Source of the DNA: Candidatus Saccharimonadota bacterium
GTDB taxonomy: Bacteria; Patescibacteriota; Saccharimonadia; Saccharimonadales; Saccharimonadaceae
DNA length: 64,000 nucleotides
Assembly (NCBI GenBank): GCA_905372835.1
Contig: CAJPQK010000001.1
Location: forward strand, 360,336 to 424,335
Reading direction: 5' to 3'
Position numbers and translations under genes: made by a program. The notes beneath the pieces are model-generated. The model was not told the origin of the DNA. It made no database searches and was given only the letters and a program-made list of their open reading frames with translations. Below are positions 1 through 9,209 of the stretch, piece after piece. Positions within the stretch are counted from its first letter, which is position 1. Each line of letters opens with the position of its first letter.

Positions 1-633
1 CCATTAGTTCGTGACGTAGAAGCAGCCAAAAAAGCGCTGGACGCAGAAGGTTGGACGGTGTCTGGTGGTGTGCGCAAAAAGGGCGATCAGTCACTGAAAC
101 TGTCAGTTGTTTCCTTGCAGGGTTCTAAATATGAAAATGCAGCTAATTCGTTGGCTGAGACATGGCGAAATGAGTTGAATGCTGAAGTGGAAGTTAAAAT
201 TGTTGATGCAACAGATGCTAATCAGGATGTTCTCAGGTCGGTGTTGCAACCGCGTAATTTTGACGTCTTGATATATGAGTTGGTGCTTGGCGGTGACCCA
301 GATGTCTACGCGTATTGGCATTCGTCACAAGACCAGCGCGATCAGCGAGGTCTGAACTTTGCGAACTATAATGACGCTATTTCAGACGACGCCTTGGTTG
401 GTGGTCGTGGTAAGCGTTCTTCAAAACAACGAGCGGATTATTATCAGTCATTCGTACGGCGCTGGCAGGCATCGGCTGCGTCACTGCCGCTGTACCGTCC
501 AACAGTTGAATACATCAAATTGCCATCAGTTCAGGCCGTGACACAAAATACTCGGCTAGTCTCACCAACTGATCGATTTGCTGACGTGATATATTGGACA
601 GTTCGCCAAGATTCAGTTTACAAAACACCGTAG
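1..633 (+). CDS. ABC transporter substrate-binding protein, SBP family 5 (peptide/nickel type), C-terminal fragment; 5' end outside window
   Basis: Frame is open from nt 1 (PLVRDVEAAKKALDAEGWTV...), so the GTG at 58 is not the true start. NFDVLIYELVLGGDPDVYAYWHS and GLNFANYND resemble the C-terminal lobe of family-5 solute-binding proteins. Confidence 0.7.
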   Translation, partial: PLVRDVEAAKKALDAEGWTVSGGVRKKGDQSLKLSVVSLQGSKYENAANSLAETWRNELNAEVEVKIVDATDANQDVLRSVLQPRNFDVLIYELVLGGDPDVYAYWHSSQDQRDQRGLNFANYNDAISDDALVGGRGKRSSKQRADYYQSFVRRWQASAASLPLYRPTVEYIKLPSVQAVTQNTRLVSPTDRFADVIYWTVRQDSVYKTP

Positions 634-658
634 TGTCAGGTATAATGATGACAGTTGT

Positions 659-745
659 GCGGGCGTGGCGGAATTGGTAGACGCGCTAGCTTGAGGGGCT
701 AGTGAACGCAAGTTCGTGGAAGTTCAAGTCTTCTCGCTCGCACCA
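659..745 (+). tRNA. tRNA-Leu (anticodon GAG), type II long variable arm, CCA encoded
   Basis: Hand-folded cloverleaf: acceptor GCGGGCG/CGCTCGC, D arm GCG-GAATTGGTAGA-CGC, anticodon stem CTAGC/GCTAG with loop TTGAGGG, variable stem GAAC/GTTC, T loop TTCAAGT. TATAAT at 641-646 lies 12 nt upstream. Confidence 0.93.
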
Positions 746-758
746 AATGTAATAGAGC

Positions 759-832
759 GGCGCGTTGGCGGAGCGGTTACGCAGAGGTCTGCAAAACCTT
801 TTAGACGAGTTCGACTCTCGTACGTGCCTCCA
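759..832 (+). tRNA. tRNA-Cys (anticodon GCA), CCA encoded
   Basis: Acceptor GGCGCGT/ACGTGCC, anticodon stem GAGGT/ACCTT with loop CTGCAAA, T arm CGAG-TTCGACT-CTCG, discriminator T then CCA. Confidence 0.9.
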
Positions 833-858
833 GAATTATGATAGCTCCAGGTGTGGGG

Positions 859-1449
859 CTATTTTTGTTCTAATAATTCTTTTAACTCAGGGAAGGTTGG
901 CTGTTGGAAATGGCCTCGGTCAACAAATATATGGCTTTTTGCGCTTGGTAGGTCAGACTGAAACTTTGCTAGCTCAGTAAAAGGCACCACGGTATCGTCT
1001 TTACTGTGGAATAGGTGAATTTCTTTGGCGGATTTTTTGAGTCCAGTTGCACTTGGCAATATAAAATCGCCCAAGTCTTCGTGAGTTGCATCATCATATG
1101 GAGCAGCAATTAGGATTAGTCGATTAACTGGTGTGCTGAGAGGATTCTCATGCAAATATTTTGCTAAGAATATTGCCCCAAGACTACTACCGATGAGCTG
1201 TACATTATTACCCAAGAATGGCAATATCTTTTCAAAGTAGATTTTCCATTCAGAATATCGTGCATTTTGTTTATTAGGCATATTAGGTACCAATACATCA
1301 AAATCTGTCATTGTAACAGCCAGCCAATCGCGCCATTTTGTTTTGTGAAAAAGACTTTCATATGTAAGTGGGTTATTGCGCAGTGCGGAGAGATAGCGTT
1401 CGTAGGAATCGAAAGGTGATCCGCCGTGAATATGTACAATTTGCTTCAT
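859..1449 (-). CDS. alpha/beta hydrolase (YdeN/RBBP9-like serine hydrolase)
   Basis: MKQIVHIHGG... with GSSLG nucleophile elbow. Start moved to the ATG at 1449, which lies 6 nt downstream of TATACT (minus sense). The track ORF extends to 1494. Confidence 0.75.
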   Translation of the reverse strand: MKQIVHIHGGSPFDSYERYLSALRNNPLTYESLFHKTKWRDWLAVTMTDFDVLVPNMPNKQNARYSEWKIYFEKILPFLGNNVQLIGSSLGAIFLAKYLHENPLSTPVNRLILIAAPYDDATHEDLGDFILPSATGLKKSAKEIHLFHSKDDTVVPFTELAKFQSDLPSAKSHIFVDRGHFQQPTFPELKELLEQK

Positions 1450-1540
1450 AAATATAGTATAATACAAACCAGCGCAAATGGCAGACCGTGTCAAACGTCA
1501 GTAGATATGGACATCGGGCGGTCATTAGTGCAGAATATGG

Positions 1541-1626
1541 GCGCGAGTGGCGGAATTGGTAGACGCGAGGGACTTAAAATCCCTTGACCAAAAGTCGTGC
1601 GGGTTCGATTCCCGCCTTGCGCACCA
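1541..1626 (+). tRNA. tRNA-Leu (anticodon TAA), type II, CCA encoded
   Basis: Acceptor GCGCGAG/CTTGCGC, anticodon stem AGGGA/TCCCT with loop CTTAAAA, long variable arm, T arm GCGGG-TTCGATT-CCCGC. Confidence 0.93.
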
Positions 1627-1734
1627 AATTGCAGCTAAAAGAAAAGTCACCTGTTTTGGTGGCTTTTCTAGTTCCGGTAACAGTCCACGGTAAATGGAAG
1701 TTGTTAGTGATATGGTGATAAGCTTATGGTCTTG

Positions 1735-2400
1735 TTATTTTCTATTGATGACAATTTCGCTAATTTCTGCCTGCTTTGGTGTCTCGATGACGTCCACTAG
1801 TGTCTTTGCAACTATCTCAACTGGCATCCAGTTTTCAGGGTCTGGTAGCTGCTCGCCGGTAATTTTCTCAAGCATTCTGTTGCGCATACCACCTGGACAG
1901 AAACTAATTGCTCGCGACTTTTTGCCCTTGAAGAGCATTTGTAGTGATTTGCTATAGCCACGCATTGCCCATTTGCTACTGGTGTACACGGGCTCACTTG
2001 CAGAACCTTTAGTGCCGGCTGTAGAAGCGACATTGATGATGTCCGCTTCATCTTTGACGATTCTCTCCATCAAGAAGTTAGTGAGATAAATTACACCCAT
2101 GATATTTGTGGAATATACCTTTATAATATCGCTAAATAGTTTTTCATCCGTACGATCAAACCTAGACATAATACCAGCACAGTTAACGAGTGCCATGATT
2201 TGATCATCAAGCTCTAAGATTTGCTGAGCGGCATTCTTGATGGACATCTCATCTGTCAAATCAAGCGTAATGTGCCTGATTCTGTCATCTGTTGGTTTTG
2301 AGCGAGAAAGAGAATAAACATTGTAGCCCTTTTCAAGCAGTAGTTGTGCGGTGGCAAAACCCAGACCATCGCTTGCGCCGGTAATTAAAACTGTCTTCAT
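1735..2400 (-). CDS. short-chain dehydrogenase/reductase (SDR) family oxidoreductase
   Basis: MKTVLITGASDGLG (TGxxxGxG) and YTSSKWA (YxxxK). Start set to the ATG at 2400, 7 nt downstream of TGgTATAAT (minus sense, plus coords 2408-2416). Confidence 0.85.
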   Translation of the reverse strand: MKTVLITGASDGLGFATAQLLLEKGYNVYSLSRSKPTDDRIRHITLDLTDEMSIKNAAQQILELDDQIMALVNCAGIMSRFDRTDEKLFSDIIKVYSTNIMGVIYLTNFLMERIVKDEADIINVASTAGTKGSASEPVYTSSKWAMRGYSKSLQMLFKGKKSRAISFCPGGMRNRMLEKITGEQLPDPENWMPVEIVAKTLVDVIETPKQAEISEIVINRK

Positions 2401-2577
2401 GTAGCTAATTATACCATCTTGGGTCTGGAGTGTTGCTCTGGTCAGTATTTTAGCCTCTATAGATATGGCGCATTTCTTGATGTTTAAAGTCATTTTTATC
2501 ACCCAAAAACCTAACCACAAGCAAAACGTCTGTGGTATAATGAAGGGGTTAGCATAAATTGATAAGGAGAATATTCA

Positions 2578-3147
2578 ATGAGCTCAATCATCATAGCACT
2601 TATAGTCGTTGGCGTTGTCCTGGTTCTCGCTATCGGCTTCATCGTCGCCACCTATAATGGTTTGGTGACTCTACGCAACCGCGTTGAAGAAGCATGGAGC
2701 GACATCACGGTTCAATTGAAGCGTCGAACTGACTTGATTCCAAATCTCGTTAACTCTGTGAAGGGTTACGCGACACACGAAAAAGAAGTATTTGAAAAGG
2801 TGACCGAAGCGCGTTCAGCCATCATGGATGCGAAGGGTGTTAAGGATACTGCTGAGGCAGAGAACATGCTGGAAGGCGCCTTGAAGAGTCTGTTTGCAGT
2901 AGCTGAGGCTTACCCAGATTTGAAAGCTAACCAAAACTTTATGCAATTGCAGCAGGAATTGGTTGACACTGAAGACAAAATTCAAGCTTCTCGCCGTTTC
3001 TACAACGGTGGTGTTCGCGACTTGAACACCAAGATTCAGACATTCCCAGCAAACATTGTTGCCGGTATGTTCAATTTCCAAGCCAAGGAATTCTTTGAGG
3101 TTGAAGACCGTGCGTCTGTTGAGAACCCAGTAGAGGTCAAATTCTAA
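2578..3147 (+). CDS. lemA: LemA family membrane protein
   Basis: N-terminal TM helix followed by [33 protein letters not shown], the LemA signature region. AAGGAG Shine-Dalgarno upstream. Confidence 0.88.
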   Translation: MSSIIIALIVVGVVLVLAIGFIVATYNGLVTLRNRVEEAWSDITVQLKRRTDLIPNLVNSVKGYATHEKEVFEKVTEARSAIMDAKGVKDTAEAENMLEGALKSLFAVAEAYPDLKANQNFMQLQQELVDTEDKIQASRRFYNGGVRDLNTKIQTFPANIVAGMFNFQAKEFFEVEDRASVENPVEVKF

Positions 3148-3168
3148 TATTTTGCATAAAACGCGCAG

Positions 3169-3198
3169 CCGCTCGCCTACCGTTGGCGGGCGGTTTTT
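3169..3198 (+). terminator. rho-independent terminator after lemA
   Basis: CCGCTCGCC / GGCGGGCGG stem (9 bp including one G-U), 7-nt loop, then TTTTT. It runs directly into the htpX extended -10. Confidence 0.7.
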
Positions 3199-3213
3199 GC
3201 TATAATAATTAAT

Positions 3214-4089
3214 ATGTATAGTGCGATTTCTCAAAATAAACGCAACACCGTCATCATCATGGCAGTGTTCGTAGCCATCATTGGTGTTATCGGTGTCTTC
3301 ATCGGCATGGCGGTTAAGAACTATTCGCTGGCGTGGATTGTGTTTGGTTGTTCGATGCTATACGCCTGGCTTCAGTATTATCTGGCTGGAAAATTAGCCA
3401 TGGCCATGACTGGCGCGCAGGAAATTGAGAAAAAAGATGCACCTGAGCTGTGGCGAGTAGTTGAGAATTTGGCGATCGCTGCTGGCATGCCGATGCCGAA
3501 AGTCTACATCATTGATGACCCGGCGCCGAACGCCTTTGCGACGGGTCGCGACCCCAAGCATGCCATCGTCGGTGCAACCACTGGGCTGCTGGAAATCATG
3601 GACAAGCGTGAACTGGAAGCAGTGATGGCGCACGAGATGAGTCATGTGCGTAACTATGACATTCGCGTTAGTATGATTGCTTTCGGTTTGGTGAGCGCTA
3701 TTGGGCTATTGGCTGACCTGGCTCTGCGCATGATGTTCTTTGGTGGTGACGATGACCGTGATGTTCACCCAGCGGTATATATATTGGGTTTGGTAGTAGT
3801 TATTCTGGCACCGATTTTGGCAACCATCACACAGTTAGCAGTTAGCCGGCAGCGAGAATATTTGGCCGACGCTTCTGGCGCGTTGTTAACTCGAGACTCA
3901 GAGGGTTTGGCGAGTGCACTGGGTAAATTGCAAGAATATGGCCGACCTATGGAGCGCCAAAGCACATCGACAGCCAATTTATTTATGAATAATCCGCTGC
4001 GCCCCAGCTTTTTCTCAAAATTATTTAGTACCCATCCACCGTTGGAGGATCGTATTGCTCGTCTGCGAAACAATGCGACAAAAATGTAA
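3214..4089 (+). CDS. htpX: zinc metalloprotease HtpX (M48 family)
   Basis: HEMSHV zinc-binding motif, multiple TM helices, C-terminal STHPPLEDRI. TGcTATAAT at 3198-3206 lies 7 nt upstream of the ATG. Confidence 0.92.
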   Translation: MYSAISQNKRNTVIIMAVFVAIIGVIGVFIGMAVKNYSLAWIVFGCSMLYAWLQYYLAGKLAMAMTGAQEIEKKDAPELWRVVENLAIAAGMPMPKVYIIDDPAPNAFATGRDPKHAIVGATTGLLEIMDKRELEAVMAHEMSHVRNYDIRVSMIAFGLVSAIGLLADLALRMMFFGGDDDRDVHPAVYILGLVVVILAPILATITQLAVSRQREYLADASGALLTRDSEGLASALGKLQEYGRPMERQSTSTANLFMNNPLRPSFFSKLFSTHPPLEDRIARLRNNATKM

Positions 4090-4098
4090 GGATGCCTG

Positions 4099-5211
4099 AT
4101 GATGAATAAGCAACGTACATCTGTCTCCAAAAAGAAAGTAACAACCAGTCGCTCACGAGCAAACCAAAAACTTGCCTCTGGTTATTATTTGCGGTGCAAG
4201 AATCATTGCAAAAAGATCTGGCAGCAGCTGAAAACTCGGAGGGCTCATTTTTTGAAGCGTCGACCGCATCGTAGTTTTCGCCTGACGCGACGTAGGGACT
4301 ATGTCAGGTCACTGCACATCCCGGGTTATTGGTCTCTGACTACCCAAGCGGTCAAAATGATTTGGTCAAACAAGCGATTATTTTTTGGCTTGGCGCTGGT
4401 GTATGCGCTGGTGGTGTTTGTACTGGCGGGATTGATGGATCAAGAGACGTACAAAAAGATTAAAGCCTTGGCCGAAGGTACAGTCGAGCAGGGAGCGGTG
4501 AGTGATTTATTTGCAACGTTCTCGATTTTCGGCGGCGTTGTGTACGGCCAGCTCACCAACCAACCAAATAACGCCTTGCAGCAAATATTGGGTGTGTTGG
4601 CGCTGATCATGGTCTGGCTGACTACCATTTGGTTGTTGCGAGCAGTCAGCTCTGGCAATTCGCCAAACATTCGTGATGGTCTGTACCGAGCAGGGGCGCC
4701 GCTGGTCGCGTTCATTGTGTTATTGTTCATCGTCCTGTGCCAATTATTGCCGGCTGCTGGTGGCGTGATTCTCTATACGACGCTACAGACGGCTGATGTT
4801 CTAAATCAGACGCCGCTACTGATGATCGCTGCGGCCATTACGGGGCTACTAGGAGTGCTATCGCTGTATTGGCTCACCTCCACGGCTTTTGCTATGATCA
4901 TTGTTACGCTGCCGGGCACCTACCCAATGCGTGCTGTGCGCATGGCTGGTGACATTGTGGTTGGTCGTCGTATCCGTATCTTGCTTCGCATGCTGTGGCT
5001 AGCTATCATGCTAACGTTGCTTTGGGTAGTTATTCTCATCCCAACCATCAAATTGGACGCCTTCGTGACGGGCTGGATTGACCAAACAGCCTCATTCCCG
5101 CTGGTGCCAATTATGGTACTGCTGGTGGCTTCATTCTCTGTTGTATTCTCAGCTACCTATACCTACTTATTCTACCGAAAGGTCGTTGCCGATGACAGTG
5201 CGCCAGCTTGA
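4099..5211 (+). CDS. hypothetical polytopic membrane protein with strongly basic N-terminal tail
   Basis: About 90 aa of Lys/Arg-rich N-terminus followed by roughly 6 hydrophobic helices. No family recognised. Overlaps the ligA start by 20 nt. Confidence 0.65.
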   Translation: MMNKQRTSVSKKKVTTSRSRANQKLASGYYLRCKNHCKKIWQQLKTRRAHFLKRRPHRSFRLTRRRDYVRSLHIPGYWSLTTQAVKMIWSNKRLFFGLALVYALVVFVLAGLMDQETYKKIKALAEGTVEQGAVSDLFATFSIFGGVVYGQLTNQPNNALQQILGVLALIMVWLTTIWLLRAVSSGNSPNIRDGLYRAGAPLVAFIVLLFIVLCQLLPAAGGVILYTTLQTADVLNQTPLLMIAAAITGLLGVLSLYWLTSTAFAMIIVTLPGTYPMRAVRMAGDIVVGRRIRILLRMLWLAIMLTLLWVVILIPTIKLDAFVTGWIDQTASFPLVPIMVLLVASFSVVFSATYTYLFYRKVVADDSAPA

Positions 5212-7222
5212 TCGGCAGGCGGCCGAGCAACGAATTGTCAAACTGCGAGATCTGATTAATGATTATCGCTATCACTATCACGTGCTCGACGAATCGATCA
5301 TGAGTGAGGCGGCGGCTGATAGCCTGAAACATGAATTGTCGCAGCTGGAAGAGCAGTTTCCGGACCTCATCACGCCAGACAGCCCAACCCAGCGGGTGGC
5401 AGGAAAGGCGCTCAGTAAATTCGCCAAAGTCCAGCATCAAACGCGAATGATTTCACTCCAGGATGTGTTTGACCGAGCAGAGGTTGCAGCGTGGATACAG
5501 CGCATGAAAAAGGTGCGTCAAGACATCACTGAAGAATTTTTGTGTGATATCAAGATGGATGGCTTGGCGTGCGCGCTGATTTATGAGGACGGTGTGCTGA
5601 CGCGGGCCGTGACGCGCGGTGACGGATTAGTTGGTGAAGATGTGACCATGAACGTACGGACGATTCAGAACGTACCACTGACCCTGCGTGCTAACCAGCG
5701 ATTTGCTCATTTTTTGCGCGGTCGGACAGAGATTCGTGGTGAAATTGTGATGCACAAGGCCGACTTTGCAGCATTAAATCAGCGTCGGCGAGCGACTGGT
5801 CAGCCGGAATTTGCCAATCCGCGTAACCTAGCCGCAGGGACGATTCGTCAGCTTGATCCAAAACTGGTGGCAGAGCGTCCGCTCCATTTTGTTGGCTATG
5901 ATATCATTCGCGATAACCTCGAGGACACGCCAACGATTGCCTTTGGTTACCAGATGATGAACGAGTTGGGCATCACCACCAGCCGCCAAACGCAAATCGT
6001 CTATGGCTTGGACGAGGTGATGAGCTATGTTGACCATCTGGATGAGCTGCGTCAGTCGCTGCAGTTTAACACCGACGGAGCAGTCATCAAGCTCAATGAC
6101 CGGCGACAGTTTGCCGAGCTGGGCATCGTTGGCAAGACACCGCGAGCCGCAGTGGCCTATAAATTTGCCGCCGAAGAAGCTACGACCATCGTCCGTGATA
6201 TCGTTATTTCCATCGGTCGAACTGGTGCGGCCACGCCAGTGGCGGTGTTTGACCCCGTGGTGGTGGCGGGTACGACGGTGCAGCATGCCAGCCTACATAA
6301 TGCTGACGAAATCGCCCGGCTGGATGTGCGGCGCGGCGACACGGTGGTGATTTTCAAGGCGGGCGATATCATCCCGCAGGTGCAAACCGTACTGAAAGAA
6401 CTGCGACCGGCAGACGCTAAGCCAATTGACTATCCGGCAGAGCTGGCGCGCCAATATCCGGAGCTAGAATTTGTGCGGCCGGCAGGCGAGGCGGTGTATC
6501 GCGTCAAAGGCTTGAGCGGCCCGCTGATTTTGAAGCGAACCCTGGCGCACTTTGCATCCAAAGGCGCGCTGGACATCGACACATTGGGTGAGAAAAATGT
6601 CGAGGCGCTGGTCGAAGCTGGGCTGGTCAATGATTTGGCGGATATCTACCGGTTGATGAAAGATGATTTACTGAGACTAGAGCGTTTCGCTGAGATTTCC
6701 GCACAAAAACTCATCGATGCCATTGCCGCTAAAAAGCAGCCAGCGTTGGAGCGATTCCTGTTCGGCCTTGGTATTCGGCATGTTGGCGCGCAGACGGCGA
6801 TTGACCTCGCCAATAAGTTTGAGAGTATCGAAAAGTTACTAGTGGCGACAATTGATGAGCTGCGTGAGGTGGATGGCGTGGGCGAAATTGTTGCCGAATC
6901 AATAGTGGCGTGGTTTGCTGATGAAGATAATGTGAAGCTGCTTGAAAAATTTGCTGACCTTGGCGTGACGCCGCAGTTTAGCCAAAAATCCGACCACCTG
7001 GCTGGTCAAAGTTTCGTCATCACCGGTACACTGCAATCGATGGGCCGTGATGCTGCTGCTGAAAAAATCCGTAATCTTGGCGGCACTTTCCAAACTGCTG
7101 TTGCAAAAGATACAACATATTTGGTAGCGGGCGGTAAAGTTGGCGCCAGTAAATTGAAAAAAGCCGAACAATACGGCACCAAAATTATTGATGAACAAAC
7201 ATTATTAGAACTTATGCAGTAA
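5192..7222 (+). CDS. ligA: NAD-dependent DNA ligase
   Basis: MTVRQLDRQAAEQRIVKLRDLINDYRYHYHVLD..., adenylation motif CDIKMDGLA (KxDG), OB/HhH/BRCT-like C-terminus. Start moved from 5078 to the ATG at 5192. Confidence 0.95.
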   Translation: MTVRQLDRQAAEQRIVKLRDLINDYRYHYHVLDESIMSEAAADSLKHELSQLEEQFPDLITPDSPTQRVAGKALSKFAKVQHQTRMISLQDVFDRAEVAAWIQRMKKVRQDITEEFLCDIKMDGLACALIYEDGVLTRAVTRGDGLVGEDVTMNVRTIQNVPLTLRANQRFAHFLRGRTEIRGEIVMHKADFAALNQRRRATGQPEFANPRNLAAGTIRQLDPKLVAERPLHFVGYDIIRDNLEDTPTIAFGYQMMNELGITTSRQTQIVYGLDEVMSYVDHLDELRQSLQFNTDGAVIKLNDRRQFAELGIVGKTPRAAVAYKFAAEEATTIVRDIVISIGRTGAATPVAVFDPVVVAGTTVQHASLHNADEIARLDVRRGDTVVIFKAGDIIPQVQTVLKELRPADAKPIDYPAELARQYPELEFVRPAGEAVYRVKGLSGPLILKRTLAHFASKGALDIDTLGEKNVEALVEAGLVNDLADIYRLMKDDLLRLERFAEISAQKLIDAIAAKKQPALERFLFGLGIRHVGAQTAIDLANKFESIEKLLVATIDELREVDGVGEIVAESIVAWFADEDNVKLLEKFADLGVTPQFSQKSDHLAGQSFVITGTLQSMGRDAAAEKIRNLGGTFQTAVAKDTTYLVAGGKVGASKLKKAEQYGTKIIDEQTLLELMQ

Positions 7223-7235
7223 CGGAGACATAGCC

Positions 7236-7643
7236 ATGACACAGCAATCACATCGCGCCCTCACCATCAAACCCGCCGACACGGTTGTGTTTACGGCGAT
7301 GTCCAAGAAGTATTTTTACATGAGATTTTTCGTAACGAAATTTGCGCTTGAGCAAGGCGTTGTGCCAATCAATCCGTTTACCAGTTTTGACTATTTTTTG
7401 CTCGACGTGGTAGAGCGTGACACGGTGCGGCGTGCCAATAATACGCTGGTGGCGCGTGCTGATGAGCTGTGGGTATTTGGTGATATTGCTGATGGTGTGC
7501 GGGCGGAAGTAATCCAAGCCTGGCAGCAACATAAAACCGTCCGATTTTTTGCGTTTCGTGATGATAAACGTATTTACGAAGTTGAGATTGGCGACTTGGT
7601 GTATGAGGATGGCGTTGAAACAGTAACCAACGGAGGTAATTAG
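7236..7643 (+). CDS. hypothetical protein, possibly nucleoside 2-deoxyribosyltransferase-like (DUF4406-like) fold
   Basis: Pattern VVFTAMS...PINPF...ADELWVFGDIADGVRAEVIQAW...VRFF resembles the Rossmann-like deoxyribosyltransferase/DUF4406 layout. Assignment is from memory only. Confidence 0.4.
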   Translation: MTQQSHRALTIKPADTVVFTAMSKKYFYMRFFVTKFALEQGVVPINPFTSFDYFLLDVVERDTVRRANNTLVARADELWVFGDIADGVRAEVIQAWQQHKTVRFFAFRDDKRIYEVEIGDLVYEDGVETVTNGGN

Positions 7644-8048
7644 ATGGTCCGATTTTATTTACACAAATTAGTGCGTGACAAAGTGGTGCTAAATTGCCTG
7701 GATGATCCGGAGGTCGTACATACAGAGTACCGCGAGCTGGACGGTCAGGAGTTTCGTCGTGAGCTGGTCTGTAAGATTCATGAGGAGGCAGATGAGATTC
7801 CGCTGGGTGATAAACAGCGTGATGAATCGCTCAAAGAGCTGGCTGATTTGCAGGAAGTCGTTGACGCGCTGCGCCAGGCCTTTGGCTTTTCTGACGAGCA
7901 AGTCAAAGAAGAAATGGCGCGCAAAAAGCAGAAAAAAGGCGGCTTTGATAATCGGCACTATATTGAATATAACGACCTGGTTGATGACAGTAAATGGGTA
8001 GAAATTTTCCGCGCCCAGCCAGAGAAGTATCGTGAAGAAAAGAGCTAA
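7644..8048 (+). CDS. MazG-like / PRA-PH-like nucleoside triphosphate pyrophosphohydrolase
   Basis: N-terminal KLVRDK motif, acidic helices HEEADEI and KELADLQEVVDAL, KKGGF near the C-terminus, as in the small house-cleaning NTP pyrophosphatase family. Confidence 0.7.
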   Translation: MVRFYLHKLVRDKVVLNCLDDPEVVHTEYRELDGQEFRRELVCKIHEEADEIPLGDKQRDESLKELADLQEVVDALRQAFGFSDEQVKEEMARKKQKKGGFDNRHYIEYNDLVDDSKWVEIFRAQPEKYREEKS

Positions 8049-8057
8049 ATATAAAAT

Positions 8058-8615
8058 ATGATAAAAAACGTTACGTTTATCACCGGTAATCAGCACAAAG
8101 CAGATTATTTATCGCGCATGCTGGGTGTACCGCTGAAGCATCGGGCGGTTGATATAACGGAGATTCAATCAACGAGTTTAGAGGAAGTTGTTGAGCATAA
8201 GGTTCGCCAGGCGTATATGGTCGCCAAATGTCCGGTTTTGGTCGAGGATGTGGCGCTCGGGTTTACGGTGCTGGGTGGACTGCCGGGCCCGTTTATCAAG
8301 TTTTTTGTCGAGGCGCCGAACGGTTTAGAGAAGCTCTGTCGGATGCTTGATGGTTTTGACGACCGATCGGCGGTGGCGGCGTGTGTGTTTGGCTACTACG
8401 ATGGTGAGCATATCAAATTGTTCCGCGCTGAACTTGGTGGTGTCATCGCCAAGCATCCTGTGGGCAACGGCGGTTTTGGCTGGGATAAAATATTTTGCCC
8501 GGATGGCTACGGCGGCAAAACACGCGCTGAACTTTATACTGACGAATATGTAGCCACGTACCCCACAATTAAACCAATCGTCCCGTTGCGTGAATTTCTG
8601 GCGGTACTTGAGTGA
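8058..8615 (+). CDS. non-canonical purine NTP pyrophosphatase (HAM1/RdgB/ITPase family), paralog 1
   Basis: FITGNQHK ... DITEIQ ... VLVEDVALGFTVLGGLPGPFIKFF match ITPase family motifs. Confidence 0.85.
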   Translation: MIKNVTFITGNQHKADYLSRMLGVPLKHRAVDITEIQSTSLEEVVEHKVRQAYMVAKCPVLVEDVALGFTVLGGLPGPFIKFFVEAPNGLEKLCRMLDGFDDRSAVAACVFGYYDGEHIKLFRAELGGVIAKHPVGNGGFGWDKIFCPDGYGGKTRAELYTDEYVATYPTIKPIVPLREFLAVLE

Positions 8616-8633
8616 AATGTTATAATATTTACG

Positions 8634-9209
8634 ATGTCTAAGAAAATTACATTTGCTACTGGCAATCCGCGTAAGCTTGAGGAGGCAGCGGCAGTACTGA
8701 AAAACTATGATATTACTGTCGAGTCGCTGCAGCTTGATATTGACGAAATTCAACATCACAGCCCGTTGAAAATTACCGAGGCTAAGGTTCGGACGGCGTA
8801 TGAAGAAGTCGGTAAGCCGGTTGTTGTTAATGATAGTAATTGGGAAGTGCCCGCGCTCGGCGGTTTCCCGGGTGGTTATATGAAGGATGTTGCTAATTGG
8901 TTTACGGCTGAAGATTTTTTGGCTTTGATGAAAGATAAAAATGATCGGAGAATTATCTTGCATGACGTCGTGGCATATTGTGATGGTGATAAACTAAAGG
9001 TATTTAGATTTGACCGAGATGGTGTTTTTGTGAGTGAACCGCATGGCGAAGGGATGTCGATGAATCAGGTCGTATCAATGGAAGGTAGTGGTGGGTTAAC
9101 GATTGCGGAAGAGTTTGCACATCGCTGCAATAATAAAAAGATCGATCCTACAAATTTCCAGCATTGGCAAAAATTTGGCAGCTGGTTTGCTAATGAGGTG
9201 AGCGAATAA
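8634..9209 (+). CDS. HAM1/ITPase family protein, divergent paralog 2
   Basis: ITFATGNPRK ... DIDEIQ ... VVVNDSNWEVPALGGFPGGYMKDV have the same architecture as the upstream gene but diverge in the substrate pocket region. Confidence 0.75.
   Translation: MSKKITFATGNPRKLEEAAAVLKNYDITVESLQLDIDEIQHHSPLKITEAKVRTAYEEVGKPVVVNDSNWEVPALGGFPGGYMKDVANWFTAEDFLALMKDKNDRRIILHDVVAYCDGDKLKVFRFDRDGVFVSEPHGEGMSMNQVVSMEGSGGLTIAEEFAHRCNNKKIDPTNFQHWQKFGSWFANEVSE

Noticed and set aside
5078-5191. N-terminal extension of ligA in the track ORF (and similar extensions at 9874, 10831, 13420, 17135, 20613, 28534, 49670, 58883, 60849)
   Set aside because: The extensions overlap upstream genes or intergenic promoters and encode Trp/Cys/Leu-rich non-conserved sequence. 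In each case homology begins at an internal ATG or GTG with a Shine-Dalgarno or a -10 element at leaderless spacing.
8325-8963. 212-aa minus-strand ORF
   Set aside because: It lies antisense across the two HAM1/ITPase genes and the gap between them. No promoter or Shine-Dalgarno, and no recognisable motif.
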